This document shows positions 28,057 through 37,220 of a stretch of 60,136 nucleotides of DNA, one piece after another (within the stretch, counting starts at the first letter, position 1; every line of letters starts with the position of its first letter). Source of the DNA: an uncultured Clostridia bacterium (GTDB taxonomy: Bacteria; Bacillota; Clostridia; TANB77; CAG-508); assembly GCA_947626335.1 (NCBI GenBank), contig CANQRY010000003.1, positions 1 through 60,136 on the forward strand, read 5' to 3'. The notes under the pieces were generated by a model. It saw only the letters and a program-made list of their open reading frames with translations, was not told the origin of the DNA and ran no database searches. The position numbers were made by a program, and so were the translations under genes.

Positions 28057-28139
28057 GCCGATGTGGCGGAACTGGCAGACGCACCAGACTCAAAATCTGG
28101 CGGGAAACCATGTGGGTTCGAGTCCCACCATCGGTACCA
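28057..28139 (+). tRNA. tRNA-Leu (anticodon CAA), CCA encoded
   Basis: The acceptor gccgatg pairs with catcggt. The D-arm is gcg..cgc and the anticodon arm is ccaga-ctCAAaa-tctgg. A long variable arm, a T-arm (gggttcgagtccc) and ACCA are present. Confidence 0.85.
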
Positions 28140-28145
28140 AAAAAA

Positions 28146-28188
28146 CACCAAACACAAGCTAAATTTTAGTTTATGTTTGGTGCTTTTA
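28146..28188 (+). terminator. rho-independent terminator after tRNA-Leu
   Basis: Arms caccaaaca (28146-28154) and tgtttggtg (28174-28182) are followed by a T-rich tract. Confidence 0.6.
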
Positions 28189-28393
28189 CTTATATATTTT
28201 TTTATTTTGAAGTACATTTAAATTTTACATTTCGCACATATTTCATTTCATTTTGGTTCGCTAGAGAGTAGTTCTTGAAAAAAACTACTCTACTACTTTA
28301 CAATGGATTATTTTGAACCCCCTCATGGGTAAGCTAACACATATAATAGTTTGTAAGAGCAAAGCTCTAACACAACCATTTATCTTCTACAGA

Positions 28394-29641
28394 TTACAGA
28401 TTTACATAAAGTGAGAGACGGGCAGAACAATAGTTATCGGTAAGGGTCGAAATGCCACCATCGTACCTTTTGGCAGGTGCATAGCTTTGGTCGTAAACGC
28501 CCCCGCGATATTCACGACGATAGGTGCTGTTGGCCTCCATAGTCCATTCTCGACTATTTCCTAATAAATCATATATATTACATAATTTATCGTTTGTATC
28601 GGTTTGCGGACCTGTAGTTCTTGTTGTATTTCTCGATGTAGGATTTCCCGTTATATCTGTTGGTGTTCCATTTGTTACGTCAATTCCATTACTTTGCATC
28701 CACCTCAGCATTGCATCATACTGACTTCCCCATATTGTACTTGATACTACTGATTTATTTTCTTCCTTTGTCGCATATGCTTTATTCTTTTCATATTGTC
28801 CATACCAATTGTTATCATCTGAATCGTTTGTTAATGATTCTCCTTTTTTACTTGCTACCTTTCCTTCTGATAAACTTGTCTCATATCTTCCTATATAAAA
28901 TCCTTTATATTTTGCTACGCTATCACACATGTTTTTAAATTCTTTTCGTAACTCTGTTTCTGAAATTCCTTTTGTAGTATCATCAGTTACTATATCCGGC
29001 TCACGATAACTTCCACTACCACTTGTTAGTTTCCAACTTATTTTTCCATTTTTTTCTTCCCAATTACTAGCTGTTGTTTCACTTGAACTAAAATTATATA
29101 ATTTTCCTATATAATTTCCATCAATATCTTCTCCATACATTGTACTTGGTTCTGTTACTGGTACCCATACAAATTCATTTTCCTCATCATCTTTTATTAC
29201 TATTCCTTCTTTTACTGTTGGGTTATTTTTGTCCTTATATTCTATTGTTTCATCTGTATCTGGATTTACTATTGTATAATCTTTTGGTACCACTATTTTT
29301 CCACCAGCTCCATCTGATAATTCTTTATTTTCTTCTGTTTGCTTTATTCCATATTGCTCTGCTATTGCATTTTTAGTTGGTTCTTCTGGTGTTGGTGTTG
29401 TTGTACCACTTTCTGAGCCTCCTCCTACTAAATTTTCTATTTGTCCTGCTAAATTTGTAATATCTGCTTGGTCATTTGCTGCCGCCTTTTTTGTTTCATC
29501 TGCCGCCTTTTTTGCCATATTTAATATTCCACCTTCACCTAGTACAAAGGTTATAGTTACACCTGCTAATATCAAAAGCACCACAATGGTTACTACTAAC
29601 GCAATTAACGTTATACCTTTTGAGTAACCTGCAGTGCTCAT
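28394..29641 (-). CDS. prepilin-like N-terminal domain protein with C-terminal FGE-sulfatase-like (SUMF1/C-type-lectin fold) domain
   Basis: 415 aa. The N-terminus SKG-ITLIALVVTIVVLLILAGV resembles a type IV prepilin cleavage/methylation segment, but with Ala at +5. The C-terminus NIYDLLGNSREWT..YRGGVY..YCSARLSLY resembles the FGE-sulfatase domain signature. The last ~170 nt are visibly more GC-rich. Confidence 0.6.
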   Translation of the reverse strand: MSTAGYSKGITLIALVVTIVVLLILAGVTITFVLGEGGILNMAKKAADETKKAAANDQADITNLAGQIENLVGGGSESGTTTPTPEEPTKNAIAEQYGIKQTEENKELSDGAGGKIVVPKDYTIVNPDTDETIEYKDKNNPTVKEGIVIKDDEENEFVWVPVTEPSTMYGEDIDGNYIGKLYNFSSSETTASNWEEKNGKISWKLTSGSGSYREPDIVTDDTTKGISETELRKEFKNMCDSVAKYKGFYIGRYETSLSEGKVASKKGESLTNDSDDNNWYGQYEKNKAYATKEENKSVVSSTIWGSQYDAMLRWMQSNGIDVTNGTPTDITGNPTSRNTTRTTGPQTDTNDKLCNIYDLLGNSREWTMEANSTYRREYRGGVYDQSYAPAKRYDGGISTLTDNYCSARLSLYVNL

Positions 29642-29682
29642 TAAACTTGGCTTATTTTCATATAAACCTTTTCCTCCTTTAT

Positions 29683-29739
29683 TTAAAATGCAGCTCTCTC
29701 TCTCTCTCTCTCTCTACTTGCGCAATGGTTTGCTGTCAT
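29683..29739 (-). CDS. 18-codon upstream ORF containing the dinucleotide repeat (MTANHCASRERERERAAF)
   Basis: A strong RBS (aggagg) lies 8 nt before the ATG at 29739. The ORF reads through (AG)11. Its coding status is uncertain. Confidence 0.3.
   Translation of the reverse strand: MTANHCASRERERERAAF
29694..29715. repeat. (CT)11 / (AG)11 dinucleotide microsatellite
   Basis: A perfect 22-nt ctctct... run, the only such tract I saw in the window. It lies 53 nt upstream of the pilin-like gene start. Confidence 0.95.
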
Positions 29740-29960
29740 TTAATTTTCCTCCTTTTTCTTTTGATTATTCTCTTTCTATTATAAATACTTTAAATCTAAT
29801 TTAATTAAAACATATTCCTATTTCTTTGTAAAGTTGTGTAATTAAAATGTAATATAAGTTTAATACTTTTGCAATATATTGTTTTTTAATATTTTAAAAC
29901 TAGTCTTGTATAATTTTGAAACATATTTTATAATTAAATATGTGAAAGGAATTTTTATAT

Positions 29961-30695
29961 ATGACAAGTTTTGTATTAAAGCTAATAGCAATGTTTTCAA
30001 TGGTTACAGACCATGTTGGTGATGCATATTTTAAACATGTAACTCCCATGAATCTTATAGGAAGATTTGCTTTTCCTATTTTTGCTTTTCAAATTTCAGA
30101 AGGATATATACATACTAAAAATCTTAAAAAGTATTTTTTAAGACTATTTTTATTTGCCCTTATTTCACAAATTCCTTTTATGCTATTTCGTTTAACATAC
30201 ATTCCAGAAGGCGATTTTGCATTAAATATATTTTTTACACTTTTAGGTGGCTTAACTGCAATATCTTGCTATGATAAAATTACAAAAACCGATTTTAAAC
30301 TTTTTAAATCAAACTACTTAAATACTGCAATTAAATACATTATTTCTATTCTTCCTGCCATTTTCATTGGAATTTTAGCAGAAGTTCTTTCATTTGATTA
30401 TGGCTTTTTTGGAATTTGCATTATATTTTTATTTTATGTATTTAGGAATAACAAAGCTTTAATGACTATTTCTTTTGCACTTTCATGCATTATTAAATAT
30501 GGACTTGATATTTTTAGCTATGGTTACCATTATTATTATGTTTTACTATGTTTATTTACAATTCTTCCAATAGTATTTATTTTGCTATATAACAAAAAAC
30601 AAGGTAAAAAGATAAAGTATTTACTTTATGCATTTTACCCTGTTCATTTGCTTATTATTTATTTAATATTTGGAGTATTTGGAGCTTATTTTTGA
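29961..30695 (+). CDS. TraX family membrane protein
   Basis: 244 aa and polytopic. The N-terminal LKLIAMFSMVTDHVG is typical of TraX. Confidence 0.6.
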   Translation: MTSFVLKLIAMFSMVTDHVGDAYFKHVTPMNLIGRFAFPIFAFQISEGYIHTKNLKKYFLRLFLFALISQIPFMLFRLTYIPEGDFALNIFFTLLGGLTAISCYDKITKTDFKLFKSNYLNTAIKYIISILPAIFIGILAEVLSFDYGFFGICIIFLFYVFRNNKALMTISFALSCIIKYGLDIFSYGYHYYYVLLCLFTILPIVFILLYNKKQGKKIKYLLYAFYPVHLLIIYLIFGVFGAYF

Positions 30696-31627
30696 GTTGC
30701 AAAGTTAATTCCTCGTGCTACAACACTTGACATATTTTCAATTAGCTCATCTATTTCCTTTGGTGTTACAATAAAGTTGTATTCTTCTGGAGCTAAAACC
30801 TCTTTAATCATTTCATATTTATTTTCTTCTTGCAATGTGTTTAAAAATTCGTTAGATTTTGCCTCTTGTTGCATTTTTTGAATGAATAAATCTAAGCTAT
30901 CTGCTGCAATTGTTGCCGCTTCTACAACTGTTGGTATTCCAATAGCAATTACAGGAATTCCTAAAGTATTTACTGTTAGTTCTTTTCTTGTGTTTCCAAC
31001 GCCTGCACCTGGAATAATTCCTGTATCTGCAATTTGTACTGTACTGCTTATTCTTTCTATACTTCTAGATGCTAAAGCGTCTATTACAATTAGTAATTTT
31101 GGATGAATATTATCAATAATGCCTTTTAAAATTTCTGCTGTTTCTATTCCTGTTGTCCCTAAAACTCCTGGAGATACTGCACTTACTGGTCTTGTATCTT
31201 TATCTAGCACGTCTGGCATATAGTTTAATAAATGTCTTGTAATATCAATATCTTGTATTACTTTTGGGCCTAAGGCATCTGGTGTAACATATAAATTTCC
31301 TAAGCCTACTACTAAAATATCGTCCTGAGCTCCAACTAGGTTTGAAATTAGCACTTTTAGTTCTTTTGTTACTGCTTCAGATGCTTTTTGAATATCATCT
31401 TCTCCTGCAATTTTTATGTTTTTAATATCTATTGTAATATATGTTCCTTGTTTTTTGCCTATTGCCTGCTCTCCTTTTGCATTTAATACTTTAACTCTTG
31501 TTATTTTAATATTTTCGTTAAATGCTTCTTCCTGTGTTTCTAAACCATCTATTTCATTTGAAATATTATTTGCTTTTTTATATAAATCTCGCCTCTCTAA
31601 AGCTAAATCAGTTCTAAAATTCATCAT
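30686..31627 (-). CDS. gpr: germination protease GPR (spore endopeptidase)
   Basis: 313 aa showing FRTDLALERRDL.., VVGLGNLYVTPDALGP and IDALASRS, which are GPR family hallmarks. Confidence 0.85.
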   Translation of the reverse strand: MMNFRTDLALERRDLYKKANNISNEIDGLETQEEAFNENIKITRVKVLNAKGEQAIGKKQGTYITIDIKNIKIAGEDDIQKASEAVTKELKVLISNLVGAQDDILVVGLGNLYVTPDALGPKVIQDIDITRHLLNYMPDVLDKDTRPVSAVSPGVLGTTGIETAEILKGIIDNIHPKLLIVIDALASRSIERISSTVQIADTGIIPGAGVGNTRKELTVNTLGIPVIAIGIPTVVEAATIAADSLDLFIQKMQQEAKSNEFLNTLQEENKYEMIKEVLAPEEYNFIVTPKEIDELIENMSSVVARGINFATQK

Positions 31628-31682
31628 AAAAAATATACCTCCTTTAACTATTATTTGAAAGTGAGGTATATTTTATTCAAAA

Positions 31683-32690
31683 TTATTTTGAGCAATATTT
31701 GCAAAGTATTGCTTCTAATCCAACTTCTAAATCTATTTTTCCTACTTTATAGTTTGCGTCTAAATTTATTAGTTCATCTATAATTTTTCGTAGTTCTTGT
31801 TTTTCAAAATATTTTGCTTGATTTTTATATTTTGTTACTAAAAACATTTGATTTGGCTTTAAGTTCATTGCTTCTGCAACATTTTCACCATATTCTTCTG
31901 CAATTTTTATAATATATAACTTTTTAAAGTGATTATATAATGTTATTAAAATTTTTTGCACTGGTTCTTTATTTAATATAAGTCCATTTAATACATTTAA
32001 TGCTGACTTAATATCTTTTTTGCCCAAATTATCTGTTAGGTCAAATATAACCTCTTGAATTTGCTTTGTGCAAAGTTTGTCTATGTCTTGTTTAGAAATA
32101 CTTCCTCCAGAGCCTTTATACTCTATTAGTTTTCGTATTTCATTTATTAAGTCTTGCATGTTTGTTCCTGAACATTCTACTAAATATTTAGCAGTTTCAT
32201 CATTTATTGTTACATTATATAGAGCACAAATTTTTTTTAAGTTTGAAATAAGCTCTGGTAATTTTAAGAAAGTAAATTCTTTTACTTCTCCTATTTTTTC
32301 TATTACTTGGTATAGCACATTTTTTTCTACTTCTTGCTCTATAAATACTAATTCAATTGTATCATTTACTTCTTGTTTATTTTTTTCTAAGTAGTTTGCT
32401 ACTTTTTCTACAAGTGTTAAGTCTTCGCTTGAGTCTTGCTTTTTAGCTTTTGATTTGCCAGCAGCCTTTTTTTCTTTTTTGAAAAGTCCTGTATTTTTTG
32501 CTATAATTAGTTTTTTGGGAAAGCCAAATGCTGGAGTTTCTATGTTTGAAATTAACTCTTCTACATTTATTTCATCAATTTGAATATAGTTAATTCCTTG
32601 CAGTAAATTTTCTCCAAAATCTTTTTTTATTTTTTTTAGTTTAGTTTCTAGAAGATACGTTTCTTCTCCATACATTAAATATACAGCCAT
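31683..32690 (-). CDS. holA: DNA polymerase III delta subunit
   Basis: 335 aa with N-terminus YLMYGEETYLLE and a helical clamp-loader C-terminal domain. It lies adjacent to ruvC. Confidence 0.7.
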   Translation of the reverse strand: MAVYLMYGEETYLLETKLKKIKKDFGENLLQGINYIQIDEINVEELISNIETPAFGFPKKLIIAKNTGLFKKEKKAAGKSKAKKQDSSEDLTLVEKVANYLEKNKQEVNDTIELVFIEQEVEKNVLYQVIEKIGEVKEFTFLKLPELISNLKKICALYNVTINDETAKYLVECSGTNMQDLINEIRKLIEYKGSGGSISKQDIDKLCTKQIQEVIFDLTDNLGKKDIKSALNVLNGLILNKEPVQKILITLYNHFKKLYIIKIAEEYGENVAEAMNLKPNQMFLVTKYKNQAKYFEKQELRKIIDELINLDANYKVGKIDLEVGLEAILCKYCSK

Positions 32691-32705
32691 TTTTTTGCCT
32701 TTCTT

Positions 32706-33192
32706 TTATAACTTTTCTGAAAATTTTGCAGAATGTGCATGGCAAATTGCTGCAGCCATGCTATCTGTGGTATCGTCTAACTTTGGTAGGTTATCTACTT
32801 TTAAAATTGTTTTTACCATTTTTTGAACCTGAATTTTATCTGCTCTACCATACCCTACTACCGCTTGCTTTATTTGAAGTGGAGTATATTCGTAAGTAGG
32901 AACTCCTTTTCTACAGCCAACCACTAATATTACTCCCCTTGCTTGTGCAACATTTATTGCTGTTTTTGCGTTATTATTGAAAAATAGCTCTTCTACAGAT
33001 ATAGCATCTGGCTTGTATGTATCTATTATTTGCTCTAAATCATTGTTTAACTTAAGCAGTCTTAATGGAAAAGATTCTCCTGCTTTAGTAAGTACTGCTC
33101 CTGATGTTATTAAATTAAATTTATTTCCAATGTAATCTATAATGCTATAACCTGTAATTGCAAATCCGTGGGTCTATGCCTAATATTCTCAT
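32706..33192 (-). CDS. ruvC: crossover junction endodeoxyribonuclease RuvC, requires one +1 shift at in-frame CGG
   Basis: Starts at the ATG at 33192 with MRILGIDP, then CGG (33168). The +1 frame gives GFAITGYSIIDYIGNKFNLITSGAVLTKAGESFPLRLLKLNNDLEQIIDTYKPDAISVEELFFNNNAKTAINVAQARGVILVVGCRKGVPT.., in frame with track ORF 32706-32924. Confidence 0.85.
33166..33168 (-). other. ruvC: in-frame CGG, +1 recoding site (CCA CGG A -> Pro Gly)
   Basis: Codon 9 counted from the ATG. It restores the invariant G-I-D-P-G motif that carries the catalytic Asp. Confidence 0.8.
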
Positions 33193-33248
33193 TATTTTTT
33201 TAAAACTATTTCTATAATATATTATTATAGAAATAGTTTTTCTCCTTT

Positions 33249-35289
33249 CTATTTTTCCTTATGTGCTTTAATAATTACTCTAAATACTTCTGCAACTGAC
33301 CAGCCCTGCGCAAAGCATCCTTTTGCTTCATAAGGCTTGCAAGAATCGTATATCTCACTAATACTTCCAACTGTAGAACGATTATACATTTCGTTATAGA
33401 AGGTATCTTCTAATTTTTTAACAAATTTATCGTACTCTGTTTGTAATTCTTTCTTTTTAGTTTTTGCTTTTTCTGCATTTATTATATTTGTAAAAGCATC
33501 TGAATAAATACCTAAAAGCCAAGGCCATGTAATTCCTTGATGATAGCTCATATCTCTTTTAATTTGGTCGCCTTCATATATTTCTCTATAGCCATTTTCT
33601 CCTTTTGCTAAAGTTTTTAAGCCATATGGTGTAAGTAATTTTTTAGTAACTGTATTTAATATTTCTTTTGCTTCTTTTGAGCTAGGCTCTATAACTGGGT
33701 AATATAGCCCTATTGCAAATAGCTGATTTGGCCTTATTTTGCTATCTCCTACTAGGTCATCTAGACATTTTCTTCTTTTATTATAAAATTTTTTAATAAA
33801 GCTTTCTTTGCATTTATTTGCTAAGTCAGTATATTTTTTTTCTAAATCTTTTTCTTTATATAGCTTTGCAAAATCTGCCATAAGTTTTAGGCTATTATAC
33901 CACAAACTATTTATTTCAACTGCTTTTCCATTTCTTGGTGTAACTACCTTATCTCCTATTTTAGCATCCATCCATGTATTTTGGGTATTTTCTGTTCCTG
34001 ATGATAGTAAATAGTCTTCTTTATCTAAATGAATATTATTTCCGTCTAAGTCTATGCCTTCAATATAGCTTTCTATAATTTTCTTTAATGTATCATATAG
34101 CTGGTCTTTTAATAAATCAAAGTCGTGAGTGTACTCTAAATATTTTCTAACTTGTTCAAATAGTAAAAGTGATGCATCTACACTATTGTATAGTGGTCTA
34201 TTATCATAGCCTGAATATCCATTTGGAACTAGTCCATATTTAATGTCTCTAACGCATGTTAATAGCACTTCTTTTGCAGCTTGAAATCTTCTAGGAATAA
34301 GAAGTAAACCTTCAAATGAAATTAAAGAATCTCTACCCCAGTCTAGAAACCATGGGTATCCTGCAATTAATGTATATAGTGCAAATGATGGTCTATATGC
34401 AACAAAATTATCTGATGCAATAATGTAATCTCTTATGAGTAGTTTATATTTTTCATCATATTGTTTTTTAGGATCTAATATATATGAATCGTATAAACTG
34501 GTAGTAATACGAATAATTTCTTGATTTATTAAATTTCTTCCATCTAGCTCTTCTATGTTTTCTTCTAAAGAACATATAAAGGTAATAAATTTTTCTTCAT
34601 TTGCTCTTAGTTTTACTTCATAAACACCTGGAACTGATAGGTTTTCTTCTGCTGGTTGTCCTCTTTTTTCTTCTTCTAAATAATACATATTATTAAATGT
34701 ATCATTTTGATGCTCTATATATTTCCCATCTGATAAGTTCATATATATTGGTGTTTGATTTTGGTTATTTACAATAATTTTTACTTTCTGATTTTTTACT
34801 TCTTGCTTTAAATTAAAAGTAGCATTAGGAGTGGTTGTATGGAAATCTCTAAAATGTATTATTGGTGCTATTTTAAGCTTTGTTCTTTTATCATTATTTT
34901 TTATTTGATAAAGTACGCAGACTGTATTTTTACCATAATCCATACAAATAAATTTTTTGATTATTGCTCCATCTACTTCATATGTAAAAATTGGGACATA
35001 TTCTTTTTCAAAAGAAGTCAAATATTTATAGCCTGTTGATATATAGTTTTTGCCCATGTTTGAATAAAGTATATATTCTTTTCCGACCACTTTCAAAGCT
35101 TTCGTCTACTTTTGATAAAATTACGTGTCTATTTGCAGGTGGATTAAGAGGTGCTACTAAAAGTCCATGATATTTTCTTGTATTTATTCCTAAAATTGTA
35201 GAACTACTATAGCCTCCTATGCCATTTGTAATAATCCAATCTTGTTTTATTGCTTTTTCTAAATCTAATTTATTTTTTTCATATTTCAT
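33249..35289 (-). CDS. glycogen debranching enzyme family protein (amylo-alpha-1,6-glucosidase, GDE N+C domains), requires one +1 shift at in-frame CGG
   Basis: Track ORFs 35026-35289 (WIITNGIGGYSSSTILGINTRKYHGLLVAPL) and 33249-35096 are the N- and C-terminal parts of one protein. They join at the CGG starting at 35085 to read ..SKVDESFESGGKEYILYSN.. Confidence 0.75.
35083..35085 (-). other. in-frame CGG, +1 recoding site (GGT CGG A -> Gly Gly)
   Basis: (35289-35085) is divisible by 3. The +1 frame is that of ORF 33249-35096. Confidence 0.65.
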
Positions 35290-35333
35290 TTGTATTCCCC
35301 CAATAATACTTTTTTCTGTTGTATATATTAGTG

Positions 35334-37151
35334 TTATTTACGTAGTTTATTTATTGCATTTATAAACGCTTCTTTTTCTTTTTCTTCTAATTCTTCTATT
35401 TCTACTTTTTCAGTGTTTCGTTTTATTGTTTTATTTGTCACGCTATGTTTTCCTACACTCTTCTTTTTACTTCTACTTTCTGTTTTATGTTGGTTCTCTT
35501 TTCGTTTTTTTATATCATTTATTTTATTAGAGATATTTGAAATTATATTACTTGAGATTTTCTTATATCTATTTTTTGGTTTAGCAGTTTCTTTTATATT
35601 TTTATCTTTTTGTTCTTGAAGTATTTCTTCTTGTTTATTTATTTTTAATTCTTTTTTCTCCTCAATTGGAAGTCCTGCTTTTACCTTCATTTTTATTTCT
35701 GATTCTTTAATAGATGCTATTCTGTCTTTATATTTTTTATAGAATTTGCTTTTATCTTTTACTTTTGTCTTTTTAGTTTGTCGTATGTTGTCATTTTTAT
35801 TATTTTCTTTTAGAGATTTTTTAGCCTCTTTTAATCTATCATTTAATAAAACATATTTGGTATCATTTTGCATATCTTTAAATTTAAGGTCATCACATAT
35901 AAGCTGAATTATAGAAGCTGCTATTGCATCTGGGTTATGCCTAATGTACTTTCCATCTAATACATGTGATATTTCTCTTTGCATTAAATATATTCCCTCT
36001 GCTTTTGCTTTGCTAGCGTCTATTTCAACTAATTCTTGACCTTGCATATTGTATTTTCTAATGTATTCTGGAATTAGCTCTCCTGTATCATAAATACAAT
36101 ATTCTATAACATTTTTTCCAACATGTTCTTCAATTGCTTTAATATGGTCTGATAATGTGTAATTATCGGTTTGACCTGGCTCTGTCATAATATTACTTAC
36201 ATAAATTTTAAATGCTTTACTTTCTTTAATAGCTTTTGCAACACCTTTAACTAATAAGTTTGGAATTACATTTGTATATAAGCTACCTGGTCCTATAACA
36301 ATTGCGTCTGCTTCTTCAATTGCCTCTAGCACTCCTGGAGATACCCTTGAATTAGTAGGATTTATATAAATTCTACTAATTGGACTAGTTTTTGTTTTTA
36401 CTACTTCTGGTATTTTATCTCTACTTTCTATAACTGTTCCATCTTCTAGTTCTGCACAAATTTCAATCGGTTCTAGTGTAACAGGAAGTACTTTTCCTGT
36501 AATATTTAATACATTTCTTGTTTGTTCAACAGATGTAGTAAATTCTCCATATAGTTCTTTCATTCCTAATAAGTATATATCTCCAAAACTTAAATCTTTA
36601 AGTTTTCCTTTGTTAAATTGCATATTTAATAACTTTTGCATAGCTTCTTCATCTTTAGATAGAGCTATTATGCTATCTTTAATATCATCTAATGGCATAG
36701 ATTCTAACATTTTTCTAGACTCAGGAATGATTTCGCCATAATCTGATACTGTTACAATTGCTGTTAAATTGTCGGTATAATTTTTTAAGCCTTTTAAAAC
36801 AGAATTTAAACCAGTACCACCACCAATTGCAACAATTTTAGGTCCTTGATCATAAACTTTTTTGTTAAATATTAAGCTATTAATTTTTGCATCTCCTGTA
36901 TTTAGCCTATCATCTGTTTGTTCAACTAATAATTCTAAGGTTCTTTTTTGTATATTAATTATTGATATTACTACAAAAATTACGCCAAATACAAAGCATA
37001 AAACAATTTTAAGTAATGGCCAAAAGTCTAAACGCTCCTGAGTTAGTATTTCTGCCATTCCATAACAGCTAAGACCAATACCTATTAAAATAAGCAGTAG
37101 CCATCTTTTTATTTTTGTATTAGATTTAAACCATCTAAAAAATCCTTTCAT
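35334..37151 (-). CDS. YvcK/CofD-family (UPF0052) protein with N-terminal TM helices and long Lys-rich C-terminal extension
   Basis: 605 aa. The core shows IVAIGGGTGLNSVLKGLKNYTDNLTAIVTVSD. Two N-terminal hydrophobic helices are present, and the last ~190 aa are K/E/N-rich low complexity. Confidence 0.65.
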   Translation of the reverse strand: MKGFFRWFKSNTKIKRWLLLILIGIGLSCYGMAEILTQERLDFWPLLKIVLCFVFGVIFVVISIINIQKRTLELLVEQTDDRLNTGDAKINSLIFNKKVYDQGPKIVAIGGGTGLNSVLKGLKNYTDNLTAIVTVSDYGEIIPESRKMLESMPLDDIKDSIIALSKDEEAMQKLLNMQFNKGKLKDLSFGDIYLLGMKELYGEFTTSVEQTRNVLNITGKVLPVTLEPIEICAELEDGTVIESRDKIPEVVKTKTSPISRIYINPTNSRVSPGVLEAIEEADAIVIGPGSLYTNVIPNLLVKGVAKAIKESKAFKIYVSNIMTEPGQTDNYTLSDHIKAIEEHVGKNVIEYCIYDTGELIPEYIRKYNMQGQELVEIDASKAKAEGIYLMQREISHVLDGKYIRHNPDAIAASIIQLICDDLKFKDMQNDTKYVLLNDRLKEAKKSLKENNKNDNIRQTKKTKVKDKSKFYKKYKDRIASIKESEIKMKVKAGLPIEEKKELKINKQEEILQEQKDKNIKETAKPKNRYKKISSNIISNISNKINDIKKRKENQHKTESRSKKKSVGKHSVTNKTIKRNTEKVEIEELEEKEKEAFINAINKLRK

Positions 37152-37220
37152 AAATCCTCCATGTGCATATATTTTATCATTTGTAAATTTTTAAGTGTAA
37201 AGTAATTCTAACAATATGCA

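Noticed and set aside
29641-29663. A programmed -1 frameshift joining the 6-codon ORF MKISQV to the pilin-like gene.
   Set aside because: The sequence caa gtt taa tg has no X-XXY-YYZ slippery heptamer. The TAATG stop/start overlap is adequately explained by termination-reinitiation coupling.
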